Source: Bacteroidota bacterium (lineage in GTDB: Bacteria > Bacteroidota > Bacteroidia > B-17B0 > Aurantibacillaceae). Taken from it: 64,000 nucleotides of DNA. A model generated the notes under the pieces. That model was not told the origin of the DNA, did no database searches, and saw only the letters and a program-made list of their open reading frames with translations. The translations under genes were made by a program, and so were the position numbers. Positions within the stretch are counted from its first letter, which is position 1. Each line of letters starts with the position of its first letter. Shown here piece after piece: positions 20,670-30,546 of the stretch. The stretch lies in assembly GCA_040386615.1 (NCBI GenBank), contig JAZKFC010000021.1:220466-284465 (forward strand). The letters are read 5' to 3'.

Positions 20670-23600
20670 ATGAAACAACCCATGGAAACAGATTCTTCTG
20701 CCGTCATTAAGAACTTAAAACTGGTTTTTGTACTCTCCACAGTGCTTCTCGCGATAAGTCTTATCAGTTCGTTATACAGCATCAGCCAGCTGGCCCGTAG
20801 TTCTAAGCTGGTGAACCACACCAACGAGGTACTCATTGAAACCGAAAACATGATTTCACACGTGAAAGACGCTGAAACCAACCAGCGCGGTTATGTTATT
20901 ACGCTGGACCCCGTTTTTTTGGAACCGTTTGAAAACTCTAAGAAAAAAGCCTTTATCAGCCAGGCGAATGTAAAAGATCTCACAGTAGACAATCCGGTGC
21001 AACAAAATAACCTGAAAGAAGCGAGAGGATTAATACAACAAAGATTCGACCAGATGCAAAGGGTGATTGATGTTACCGAGCAGCTATCGCGGGTGGCCAA
21101 TGAAGATACGCTCACCCGTTACAATGAAATGATCAAGGGCAAAGCCATCATGGATGAACTGAGAGACCTCGTGACAAGGATAAAAAATCAGGAGAATAAG
21201 CTGCTGGACATCCGTACCGGGCAACAAAGCCTTTTTATAACATACACCCCCGTTATTGTGATAATAGCGGCACTCATCTCAATCCTTATTACCGTATTCT
21301 CTTTCATTAGAATTAAAAAAGACATAGAAGAAAGAGCCAAAAAACAGTTTGAAGACAACGAGCAATTCAAGGCCACATCGATACGCATCAGCATGATAGA
21401 AAATGTGACCAAAAAGATCGCTGCCGGCAATTACAATGAACGAAGTCCCGATGACAAGGACGACGAACTGGGCCGCATCTCGAAAGCGCTTAATGGCATG
21501 ACCGCTTCGTTGGAAGCGAATTTTAAAATCCTGAGCGCCAAAAACTGGTTGCAGGAAGGCATGGTAAGAGTGAGCGATGCTATCAGAGGCGAAAGAGATC
21601 TCAGTAAACTGTCTTCTAATTTAATAAAGGCGGTTACTGAATTCCTGAAAGCCCCCATCGCGACCATATACATTAACAACACCGGCAATTTTACTCTTGC
21701 CTCAAGTTATGCCATCAGCAATGCACCCAGGCAGTTCAGCATCGGTGAAGGTTTGATAGGCCAGGCGGCAAAAAATAAAAAAATAAGTGTGGTCGACGAT
21801 CTGCCTCCTGACTTCGTGATCAGCACGTCAATCGGCCTGTCAATGCCCTCGTCGGTAATTATCATTCCGCTGGTGCACGAAAATGAAACCATTGCCGTTA
21901 TCGAGATAGGCTTGCTGAAAAAAGCCGAAGCAATTGAACTGGAATTCCTGGAGAATAATTTGGAACCAATGGCAATTGGCATAAACTCGGCCTTGAGTTA
22001 TGTGCGACTGCAGGACCTGCTTGAGGAAACCCAGGCGCAAACCGAGGAACTGCAGAACCAGCACAATGAACTTGAAAACCTGAACTCCGAACTCGAAACG
22101 CAGGCTCACAAGCTGCAGGCTTCAGAAGAGGAACTGCGTGTGCAGCAGGAAGAACTTCAGCAAACGAATGAAGAACTGGAAGAAAGGTCGGGCCTTCTCG
22201 AAGAAAAAAATCTCGAGGTAATTAAAAAAGCGAAGGAGCTTGAAATTACCACGCGTTACAAATCTGAATTCCTGGCCAACATGTCGCACGAACTGCGAAC
22301 CCCTTTGAATTCTATTTTGCTCCTCAGCAGATTACTTTCCGAAAACAACGAAAAAAATCTCAGTGCCGACCAGGTTGAATATTCAAAAGTGATTCAAAGC
22401 TCGGGGCAGGGACTGCTGGGACTTATCGACGAAATTCTTGATCTCTCGAAAATAGAGGCTGGTAAAATGGAACTCGAATACCTTGAGGTGCCCCTTAAGG
22501 AAATAGCGGATGACATGAACACTTTGTTCAAGCAGGTTGCCAAAGAAAAGAACCTGCAGTTGAGTTTCTCCGTGGAAAAAGGTCTGCCAGCCGCTATCGA
22601 AACCGACAAAGGCAGGCTTGAACAAATTCTGAAAAATCTCTTATCGAATGCCCTTAAATTCACCGCCAAAGGATCGGTGAGCCTCGAAATAAAAAAATGT
22701 ATGGTGGATAACGCATTTATCTGCTTTGTTGTAAAAGATACGGGCATTGGCATCGCTGAAGACAAACAGCAATTTATTTTCGAGGCCTTTCAGCAGGCCG
22801 ACGGATCAACGCGCAGAAAATATGGTGGAACAGGCCTGGGCCTTTCAATCAGCAGAGAACTCACAAGGCTGCTGGGCGCCGAAATACACCTCACCAGCCA
22901 GGTTGGTGCCGGCAGCGAATTTACATTAAAAGTGCCTATTGTAAGACCAGTTATCGTTGAAACGCCGGAAGAGAATTACATTCAAAGCACTGAACATACC
23001 AAAGGTGAAGATGAAAGATACATTTCACATGCGATCCCTGAAAACATCCCTGACGACAGGGACAAGATCACTACCGCAGACAAAGTGATTCTTATTATTG
23101 AAGATGATACGAATTTCGCGAAATCGCTGCTCGAAATTACAAGGGAAAAAAATTATAAAGGCGTTGTATGTGTAAGAGGGGATCAGGGCCTCGCCTACGC
23201 CAGGAAATACAACCCGGTTGGCATTCTACTGGATATTCAGCTGCCCGTAAAAAGTGGCTGGCAGGTAATGGACGAGCTCAAAAACGAGCTGCAGACCCGG
23301 CACATCCCGGTTCACATTATGTCGTCGTACAAGGTTAAAAACGAAAGTCTTTTAAAAGGCGCAGTAGACTTCATTAATAAACCCATGGCCTTTGAACAGG
23401 TACCTGAGATCTTTAAAAAGATAGAATACGTTTTAAACCGTAATTCTAAAAAAGTGCTGATCATTGAAGATAACGCCAAGCACGCCAGCGCCCTGGCTTA
23501 TTACCTCGGAAGTTTCAATATTAACTCCGAAGTGCAGAGCAATATCTCGGGGGGCATTAATTCACTTAAAAAGGAGGAAATTGACTGCGTAATACTGGAC

Positions 23601-24260
23601 ATGGGAATTCCTGACACCCAGGCATACCACCTGCTCGAAGAAGCGAAAAAGGATCCGGCACTCGAAAACCTGCCCATTATTATTTTCACGGGTAAGAGCC
23701 TTTCCATGGCCGAAGAACAGCGCATTAAACAGTATGCCGATTCCATCGTTGTAAAAACAGCGCATTCCTACCAGAGAATGCTGGATGAAGTTTCACTTTT
23801 TCTTCATTTGGTTGAGGGGAAAAAGAAAAACAGTTCAAAAACCGAAAAGAAGAATCTTGGCGCACTTCACGAAATTCTCTATGACAAAACAGTGCTGATC
23901 GTAGATGACGACGTGCGGAATATCTTTTCGCTTTCAAAGTCCCTCGAAAAGTTAAAGATGCACACTGTTACAGCTATCAATGGTAAAGAGGCTTTGAAAA
24001 AAATGAAAGAACACGAGGAGATAGATATTGTGCTGCTCGATATGATGATGCCCGAAATGGATGGTTACGAAACCGCCAAACAAATCAGGAAAAACCAAAA
24101 ATGGAAAAACCTGCCCGTGATAGCGGTCACCGCTAAAGCAATGACCGGCGACCGTGAGAAATGCATCAGCGCGGGAGCATCAGACTATATCACCAAACCG
24201 GTTGATATCGATCAGTTGTTGTCGTTGCTTCGTGTATGGCTTTATGAAAATTCTAAATAA
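20670..24260 (+). CDS. hybrid sensor histidine kinase: CHASE3-TM-HAMP-GAF-coiled coil-HisKA-HATPase plus three receiver domains
   Basis: 1196 aa. CHASE3-like N-terminus (DAETNQRGYV), SHELRTPLN, GGTGLGLSI, and three REC modules with DIQLP, LDMGIP and LDMMMPEMDG. Confidence 0.85.
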   Translation: MKQPMETDSSAVIKNLKLVFVLSTVLLAISLISSLYSISQLARSSKLVNHTNEVLIETENMISHVKDAETNQRGYVITLDPVFLEPFENSKKKAFISQANVKDLTVDNPVQQNNLKEARGLIQQRFDQMQRVIDVTEQLSRVANEDTLTRYNEMIKGKAIMDELRDLVTRIKNQENKLLDIRTGQQSLFITYTPVIVIIAALISILITVFSFIRIKKDIEERAKKQFEDNEQFKATSIRISMIENVTKKIAAGNYNERSPDDKDDELGRISKALNGMTASLEANFKILSAKNWLQEGMVRVSDAIRGERDLSKLSSNLIKAVTEFLKAPIATIYINNTGNFTLASSYAISNAPRQFSIGEGLIGQAAKNKKISVVDDLPPDFVISTSIGLSMPSSVIIIPLVHENETIAVIEIGLLKKAEAIELEFLENNLEPMAIGINSALSYVRLQDLLEETQAQTEELQNQHNELENLNSELETQAHKLQASEEELRVQQEELQQTNEELEERSGLLEEKNLEVIKKAKELEITTRYKSEFLANMSHELRTPLNSILLLSRLLSENNEKNLSADQVEYSKVIQSSGQGLLGLIDEILDLSKIEAGKMELEYLEVPLKEIADDMNTLFKQVAKEKNLQLSFSVEKGLPAAIETDKGRLEQILKNLLSNALKFTAKGSVSLEIKKCMVDNAFICFVVKDTGIGIAEDKQQFIFEAFQQADGSTRRKYGGTGLGLSISRELTRLLGAEIHLTSQVGAGSEFTLKVPIVRPVIVETPEENYIQSTEHTKGEDERYISHAIPENIPDDRDKITTADKVILIIEDDTNFAKSLLEITREKNYKGVVCVRGDQGLAYARKYNPVGILLDIQLPVKSGWQVMDELKNELQTRHIPVHIMSSYKVKNESLLKGAVDFINKPMAFEQVPEIFKKIEYVLNRNSKKVLIIEDNAKHASALAYYLGSFNINSEVQSNISGGINSLKKEEIDCVILDMGIPDTQAYHLLEEAKKDPALENLPIIIFTGKSLSMAEEQRIKQYADSIVVKTAHSYQRMLDEVSLFLHLVEGKKKNSSKTEKKNLGALHEILYDKTVLIVDDDVRNIFSLSKSLEKLKMHTVTAINGKEALKKMKEHEEIDIVLLDMMMPEMDGYETAKQIRKNQKWKNLPVIAVTAKAMTGDREKCISAGASDYITKPVDIDQLLSLLRVWLYENSK

Positions 24261-24269
24261 CACGCGTGC

Positions 24270-24638
24270 ATGTCTAAAAAAACGATTTTAATTGTAGACG
24301 ACGATTCGAGAAATATTTTTGCCTTAAGCGCTAATTTACGCGCAAAGGGCTTTCACTGTTTATCAAGCGTTAACGGCATCGATGCGCTTAACCTGGTAGG
24401 AAGCGACGAGACCGTACACGCGGTTCTGATGGACATGATGATGCCCGACATGGACGGCTATGAAGCGATCCCCGCGGTAAAAAAATTAGGAAAAGGAATT
24501 CCTGTTTTAGCCGTTACTGCGCAGGCCATGCCCGGAGACAGGGAAAAGTGCCTTGCCGCCGGCGCCGACGGTTATATTTCAAAACCTATTGATCTCGATA
24601 AACTGCTGGAGCTCCTCGCGCAATTCAAAGTAACATGA
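24270..24638 (+). CDS. single-domain response regulator (CheY-like)
   Basis: 122 aa. LIVDDD, LMDMMMPDMDG and KP motifs. Confidence 0.88.
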   Translation: MSKKTILIVDDDSRNIFALSANLRAKGFHCLSSVNGIDALNLVGSDETVHAVLMDMMMPDMDGYEAIPAVKKLGKGIPVLAVTAQAMPGDREKCLAAGADGYISKPIDLDKLLELLAQFKVT

Positions 24639-25447
24639 CCGTAGGCGACGATCAAATTAATATTCTGTTAAACGACCTGCTTGAAATATACGGTTATGAC
24701 TTTACCTATTATTCAAAGGCATCTCTCAGAAGACGCATTAACAGGTTATACGCGCTTGACCAGTTTCTCTCGTTTGACGCCTTTCGTCTTAAAATCATTT
24801 CCGATTCAAATTATATAAAAAGGTTTGTGGAGGAAATAACGGTGAATGTCACCGAAATGTTTCGCGACAGTTTGTTTTACAAAGAACTTCGTAAAGACGT
24901 GCTGCCGAACCTCGGAACCCATCCGTTTATCAGGATCTGGCACGCGGGCTGTTCAACGGGTGAAGAGGCATATTCGATGGCGATTCTGCTGCAGGAAGCA
25001 GGCATTTTACACAAAGCCCTGATCTACGCTACCGACATTAATCCCGGTGTACTTGACAAGGCCAGGCAGGGCATTTTTCCATTGAAACACATGAAAATGT
25101 ATTCCGAAAATTATATTTCTGCGGGTGGCCTATATGATTTCTCGTCGTATTACACGGTTAATTATGAAGGCGTAAAATTTGATGATGCCCTGAGTAAACG
25201 CATGATTTTTTCTACACACAACCTGGTTTCAGACAGCTCATTCAATGAGTTTCACCTCATCGTATGCAGAAATGTACTTATCTATTTTGAAAAAGAACTG
25301 CAGGAAAAGGTTTTTTCGTTGTTCGACGCCAGCCTGGGGACATTATCGTACCTGGCACTTGGGTCAAAGGAAACTTTAAAGTTTTCTAATATTCATTCAA
25401 AATTCAAACAAATAGGCCGCGAAAAAATATGGAGAAAAATGAAATAG
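24635..25447 (+). CDS. cheR: CheR-type protein-glutamate O-methyltransferase
   Basis: TEMFRD and IWHAGCSTGEEAYS (SAM-binding motif). 4-nt overlap with the upstream gene. Confidence 0.85.
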   Translation: MTVGDDQINILLNDLLEIYGYDFTYYSKASLRRRINRLYALDQFLSFDAFRLKIISDSNYIKRFVEEITVNVTEMFRDSLFYKELRKDVLPNLGTHPFIRIWHAGCSTGEEAYSMAILLQEAGILHKALIYATDINPGVLDKARQGIFPLKHMKMYSENYISAGGLYDFSSYYTVNYEGVKFDDALSKRMIFSTHNLVSDSSFNEFHLIVCRNVLIYFEKELQEKVFSLFDASLGTLSYLALGSKETLKFSNIHSKFKQIGREKIWRKMK

Positions 25448-26007
25448 CGCGTTCCTGTCAAGTACTTGTTATTGGCGGATCTGCGGGAAGCCTGGAGGTG
25501 TTAATGAAAGTGTTTCCGAAATTGCGGAACGACCTTCTGTTTCCAATAGTTGTGGTGCTGCACAGGAAAAGCGGTTCCGACTCTTCTCTTTCCGACTTGT
25601 TTTCGACGCGCACCAGCCTTGGGGTAAAAGAAATTGAAGATAAACAAACCCTTGTTCCGGGTCACATTTATATTGCACCGGCCGATTATCATGTGTTGTT
25701 TGAAAATATGGTCATGCTTTCGATCGACTTTTCTGAAAAAGTAAATTACAGTCGGCCAAGCATTGATGTTACCTTTGAGTCAGCAGCCGAAATAATTGGA
25801 AGGAACCTGGTTGGTTTGATTTTGTCGGGTGCTAATGACGATGGCGCGGGGGGGATAAAAAAAATAAAACAACACGGTGGGGTGGCAGCTGTTCAGGATC
25901 CGGCGACAGCCGAATCGCCATATATGCCATTGCAGGTATTGTTATCAGTGACACCAGACGCGATCTTAAAAACTGACGAGATCGCCGAATTTATAAATTC
26001 ATTGTAA
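25429..26007 (+). CDS. cheB: CheB-type protein-glutamate methylesterase, catalytic domain only
   Basis: VIGGSAGSLE, HRKSGS, and GANDDGAGG-type motifs. There is no N-terminal receiver domain. Confidence 0.8.
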   Translation: MEKNEIARSCQVLVIGGSAGSLEVLMKVFPKLRNDLLFPIVVVLHRKSGSDSSLSDLFSTRTSLGVKEIEDKQTLVPGHIYIAPADYHVLFENMVMLSIDFSEKVNYSRPSIDVTFESAAEIIGRNLVGLILSGANDDGAGGIKKIKQHGGVAAVQDPATAESPYMPLQVLLSVTPDAILKTDEIAEFINSL

Positions 26008-26095
26008 ATATTAATCCACTGCGTCAAAAAAACATTTCGTGTTTTTCCTTATTGGTGCTCGCATGCCAAATTTAAACGCAGTGAACATCAGATGA

Positions 26096-26455
26096 CTACT
26101 CAACTCGTTGATGCAAGCTCAATCCGTTACCATCTAAGTCTTTAAAAGAAGCGAACTTTCCCCCCTCCGTTTTCTCAACCCTGGTGATCTCTATTCCTTT
26201 ATCACGCAATTCTTTAAGGTCTTCATCAAAATTATCTGTTCTTATTACCAGGCCCTGCATACTGCCCGGTGGCATTTGTTTAAACCAGGTTACCAGCGTA
26301 ATAGTTGTTTGGGCGCCCTTAAACCCCATCTGCACCCACCGGCGACTATTGCCCATTTCGTTTTCAGCCAGCAATTCAAAACCCAGCAGAGAATAAAATG
26401 CCATGGCCCTCTTCTGGTCAGAAACGGGTATCGCAACTACATCTATGCTTTTCAT
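26096..26455 (-). CDS. VOC/glyoxalase-family protein
   Basis: 119 aa with a beta-alpha-beta-beta-beta pattern. FYSLLGFEL and DLDGNGL motifs. Confidence 0.72.
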   Translation of the reverse strand: MKSIDVVAIPVSDQKRAMAFYSLLGFELLAENEMGNSRRWVQMGFKGAQTTITLVTWFKQMPPGSMQGLVIRTDNFDEDLKELRDKGIEITRVEKTEGGKFASFKDLDGNGLSLHQRVE

Positions 26456-26492
26456 AACAGTTATCTATAAATTTTGATACCTCTTTTGCCTG

Positions 26493-27575
26493 CTAAACCA
26501 AAAGATCAAATTCTTTTTTTGCAAATACTCTGCCGTTAATCTGTATTTCGAGTTTGTGCGTTCCTTTAAAGTGTTTGCGGGTTGTAAAGTCTTTAAAAAC
26601 CTGCTTTTTGTTTATATTGACCGACTGTTTCGGCCCAAGATGAAGCTCGGTCAGTTTAAAAACCTTGGGAGAGGTTTCGCCTGACTTCTTTTGGTAATGA
26701 ACGATATAATCGATCACCAGCTTTTGAGGCGCTGTTTTTAACGATCCGATGCCAAAGGAAAATTGAAGCGTGTCTCCCAGTTTGATCTTGTCTGCTGACA
26801 TATTAAAATCTATGATCCTTACCTTCACATCCTTTTCAAAATTAAAGATAGAAAGGCTGTCGGCGTTACCTTTTTTTATAAGACTGCGACTCGCGTGTTT
26901 TATGATCCAGGAAGTATTCGTCTTTGACTGGTCCCATTTACCAACCACCTGCAGCATATAGCCGGGGTTATCCTTTGAAATGTCGTTCAGGTGATTCGCT
27001 ACCGACTTCCTTACATACAATTCATCGTCGTTCTTAAGTTGCTCAAGAATTTTTTTCGTCGCCCCCGGGTCTTTGATCACCTGATCGAGTTTAAATGACC
27101 ATGGCAGCCTCGGACGGCTACCTTCCGACGACAGGCGCCTTACATGAGCATCTTTGTGCTTCGACCATTCAGTCATAACCGCTATGGTCTTTTTAAAATC
27201 CCGCTTTAAAAATTCCCTTACTGCAAATTCCGACGAACCGAAGCCTGTAAAATATTTTAAAGCCTCCATCGACAAGTCGAAATGTTGATGCCCGTACAAA
27301 CCAACAAAGTCAGGAAACAACAGGTTGGTATATCCCCGCTTTAGATTTGGAATGACTTTATACATAATATCAAGGCTCTTCTTAAAATCGGCCGGCAGGT
27401 GGTTCTTTAAAACCACCGATGTTTTGCGCATGCGTTCATTAAGTGATAAAGGCTCAAGGTTTTCTGTGATCTCATTTAAAAATAACCCTGAATTAAATTT
27501 AGCGTGTGCTTTTTCAAACTCACGCGACAGTTCAACATAAAATTTTTTGTTGAACATTTCTTTTAATGGTTCCAT
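26493..27575 (-). CDS. DNA alkylation repair protein (AlkD-like HEAT repeat family)
   Basis: HVRRLSSEGSRPRLPW and YVRKSVANHLNDISKDNP are characteristic of the DNA alkylation repair enzyme family. Confidence 0.7.
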   Translation of the reverse strand: MEPLKEMFNKKFYVELSREFEKAHAKFNSGLFLNEITENLEPLSLNERMRKTSVVLKNHLPADFKKSLDIMYKVIPNLKRGYTNLLFPDFVGLYGHQHFDLSMEALKYFTGFGSSEFAVREFLKRDFKKTIAVMTEWSKHKDAHVRRLSSEGSRPRLPWSFKLDQVIKDPGATKKILEQLKNDDELYVRKSVANHLNDISKDNPGYMLQVVGKWDQSKTNTSWIIKHASRSLIKKGNADSLSIFNFEKDVKVRIIDFNMSADKIKLGDTLQFSFGIGSLKTAPQKLVIDYIVHYQKKSGETSPKVFKLTELHLGPKQSVNINKKQVFKDFTTRKHFKGTHKLEIQINGRVFAKKEFDLLV

Positions 27576-27698
27576 ATGATTTTTATTGTGGAAATTAGTT
27601 CACAACCGTTTGTTTTTTTTAACACAGAATTGCTCTAAAAGCAGGTATGAATTTAGTACAAAATATAGCCGGTATTAAACCTGTTCACAATTAATTCT

Positions 27699-28175
27699 AT
27701 GATAGTAAAAAAAATCACCGCCTTCATCATCTGCCTGCTCATTCCGCTTGCTGTTGGCGCCTTATCGGGATACCTGACCTATGGTGAAACGCAGACCTGG
27801 TTTGCTACACTCAACAAACCTTCATTCAATCCTCCCAACAAGGTTTTCGGTCCGGTGTGGACCAGTTTGTACATGCTGATGGGTATTTCTTTATTCCTGG
27901 TTTGGAACAGCCCACGCAACTGGCCGAGACAAAAAGCTCTAATCATTTTTTTTGTCCAGCTTTTTCTTAATTTCTGGTGGAGCCTGATCTTTTTTTCGTT
28001 TCACCTTCTTTTTATCGCGGTAGCCGAAATCCTTGTCCTTTGGCTGATGATTATTTATATGATCATTTGTTTCAGGCGGGTGAAACCAGTGGCAGCATGG
28101 CTCAATGTCCCCTACCTGCTTTGGGTAAGTTTTGCCAGTGTACTTTCGATCTCTATCTGGTACCTCAACAGGTAA
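27699..28175 (+). CDS. tspO: TspO/MBR family tryptophan-rich sensory protein
   Basis: 158 aa with five TM helices. WF..L.KPSFNPP..VFGPVWT.LY motif. Confidence 0.88.
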   Translation: MIVKKITAFIICLLIPLAVGALSGYLTYGETQTWFATLNKPSFNPPNKVFGPVWTSLYMLMGISLFLVWNSPRNWPRQKALIIFFVQLFLNFWWSLIFFSFHLLFIAVAEILVLWLMIIYMIICFRRVKPVAAWLNVPYLLWVSFASVLSISIWYLNR

Positions 28176-29354
28176 TTACTTTCGAACAAATATGAGTTCA
28201 GTAGAGGCTATGATGTTTTGAAGTGCGACGTAAAGATTATCCAGATCCTCCTGCGAATTAAACGCGTTAACTGAATACCTGATAAAAACATGCTCCTCAT
28301 GCCGCGTCACCGGGATCTCTATGCTGTAAGATTCAAAAAGCAGGCGTTGAAGTTTTTCGGGTTCCGCTGTTTTAATTGGAATACTCACCAACTGAGCGAG
28401 GAATTCATCATTAACCGGACATAAGGGTTGTGATCCGAGCAAATCGCAAAAACGATTCACATTTTTTTGAACCAGTGCGCGGCACTGTGCCGCTACCAGA
28501 GGCCAGTTGTGCTCTTTTAAAAATTGAACCGCTTTCTGAATAGTTAGAAACGCCGAAAAATCCCTGGTACCCTGGCCCTGGTGATAATCTATAAACTGAG
28601 AATTGGAGGGAGTCGCGCTATCATAACCCCAGCTCACGACCAAAGGATCAAAGAGGTGCTGCAACCCTTTTCTCACGTACAGAAACGAGCAGCCTTTTGG
28701 CGTCAACATCCATTTATGACAGGCCCCTGTGTAAATATCAGGGTTCAGCTCAGAAATGTTCAACGGCACTTGACCCGGCGCGTGGGCTCCATCCACAAAA
28801 CTAATGATCCCCAATTCCCTCGCTTTGTCGCAGATTTCTTTTACCGGTAAAATAAGGGCCGTGGCGCTGGTGATATGGCTGATAAAAATAACTTTTGTTT
28901 TATCACTCAAGCCTTTAAAAAATTCTTCCACGAATTGCTCTTTAGAGGTGAGCGGCAAAGTTATTCTTTGGCGAATGTAACTGGCCCCTGCCTTTTTACA
29001 ATAATAGGCCCAGGTTTTATCGCAGGCGCCGTACTCGAGGTTGGTGGCCAGGATTTCATCACCGGTATTTAACTTTAAACTTTTTGCAATGATGTTAGTG
29101 CCATACGAGGGATTGGAGACAAAAACAAGATCGTCGCCGTTGCAACCAATATAATCGCCCAGAGCGTTGCGGGAATTTTTTAAATATCCCGGCCCGTTCA
29201 CAGCAATGAACTGAACCGGCTCATATTCCAGCTCTCTTTGCCATTTCTGGTAGTCTTCAAAAACTGGTTTAGGACAGGCGCCGAAAGAACCAAAATTTAA
29301 AAAAGTAATTTCAGGATTTAAAAGAAACTGTGATTTTAAGTGGGAGGTTTGCAT
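28176..29354 (-). CDS. class V aminotransferase (isopenicillin-N epimerase / cysteine desulfurase-like)
   Basis: FLNFGSFGACP at the N-terminus and the PLP Lys context (GACHKW). Start placed at ATG 29354 (the ORF is open to 29387). The stop abuts the tspO stop with zero spacer. Confidence 0.75.
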   Translation of the reverse strand: MQTSHLKSQFLLNPEITFLNFGSFGACPKPVFEDYQKWQRELEYEPVQFIAVNGPGYLKNSRNALGDYIGCNGDDLVFVSNPSYGTNIIAKSLKLNTGDEILATNLEYGACDKTWAYYCKKAGASYIRQRITLPLTSKEQFVEEFFKGLSDKTKVIFISHITSATALILPVKEICDKARELGIISFVDGAHAPGQVPLNISELNPDIYTGACHKWMLTPKGCSFLYVRKGLQHLFDPLVVSWGYDSATPSNSQFIDYHQGQGTRDFSAFLTIQKAVQFLKEHNWPLVAAQCRALVQKNVNRFCDLLGSQPLCPVNDEFLAQLVSIPIKTAEPEKLQRLLFESYSIEIPVTRHEEHVFIRYSVNAFNSQEDLDNLYVALQNIIASTELIFVRK

Positions 29355-29480
29355 AGGTAAAAATATAATTTTTGTGCGACAATCCAATGTGCGCTTCGTT
29401 ATTGCATTCGAGTTCTCAAAAATTTATCCTGTGCTGCTTAAAAAACTGAAATCTGCATCTCGTTTTTTTGACTATTTTGA

Positions 29481-29732
29481 TTAATGGATGATCTCACAAT
29501 CAAAGTTGAATGATTTTACTATGGTAATGATTTGTTCAGGAAATATATTCTCTCCCTCCACCCTTAAGATCCGCTCACGGTCTTCGAGGTCAAAATTTAT
29601 CCTGAGCCAGGGAAAGCGGCACAGCAATTCCGTAATCAGGGCCTGGGCCTGCAGGCGGTTGCGAACATCGGTTCTGAAGATCTCAATGGGCTGCAATTCA
29701 GTTAAATAAGGTGTTTCGGGGGTGTTAATCAT
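29481..29732 (-). CDS. hypothetical protein
   Basis: 83-aa ORF in an otherwise empty interval. No motif recognised. Confidence 0.3.
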   Translation of the reverse strand: MINTPETPYLTELQPIEIFRTDVRNRLQAQALITELLCRFPWLRINFDLEDRERILRVEGENIFPEQIITIVKSFNFDCEIIH

Positions 29733-29828
29733 ATCTTAGGTATTTTCTGAAGTAAAATTAAATGGCGAAACTGACAACCCTATGGCAGTCTGAAAACAAA
29801 CACATCAAAAAATTATCTAATTTCGGGC

Positions 29829-30527
29829 ATGTCAAAAATCAACGCTGCTACGATTCCGGTTTCGGCCCTCGAATTTTTAAAAACCGTAAAGAAAAATAAT
29901 AACCGCGACTGGTTCAATGCGCACAAGGATCTTTACATAAGTGAATTGAGTCATCTTGAAAAATTTGCCGATGGTCTTTTGCTTGAGCTGAATAAATACG
30001 ATGTGATTGAAACACCCAGTGGAAAGAAAAGTCTGCACAGGATTTACAGAGATACCCGGTTTTCGAAGGAAAAAACGCCATATAAAACCAACTGGAGCGG
30101 CAGTTTCAGCCGCGCAACAAAAGCCCGTCGTGGAGGTTATTATTTTCATATTGAACCGGGCAATAGTTTTGTCGCCGGAGGTTTCTGGGCACCCAATCCT
30201 GAGGACCTTAAACGCATCCGCGATGAATTTGCCTATGATGCGGCGCCATTTAGGAAAATATTAAAAAGCAAAACATTTATAGACACTTTCGGCAGCCTGC
30301 ATGGGGAACAAATAAAAACAACACCTAAAGGATTTGATGCAAATAGCCCCGCTATCGATCTTCTGCGCTACAAACAATTCACAGTGATCAAAAGATTTAC
30401 TGATAAAGATGTGTTACACAAAGACTTTTTAAAAAACGCCGTACAGGCCTTCCGCAACATGAGGCCATTTTTTGACTATATGAGTGAGGTGCTTACAACG
30501 GATGTGAACGGGATCTCAGTTATTTAA
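29829..30527 (+). CDS. DUF2461 (TIGR02453) family protein
   Basis: NNNRDWF..HK..Y, RIYRDTRFSK.KTPYKT and GGFW motifs. Confidence 0.75.
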   Translation: MSKINAATIPVSALEFLKTVKKNNNRDWFNAHKDLYISELSHLEKFADGLLLELNKYDVIETPSGKKSLHRIYRDTRFSKEKTPYKTNWSGSFSRATKARRGGYYFHIEPGNSFVAGGFWAPNPEDLKRIRDEFAYDAAPFRKILKSKTFIDTFGSLHGEQIKTTPKGFDANSPAIDLLRYKQFTVIKRFTDKDVLHKDFLKNAVQAFRNMRPFFDYMSEVLTTDVNGISVI

Positions 30528-30546
30528 GCGCAACAAGGAATACAAA

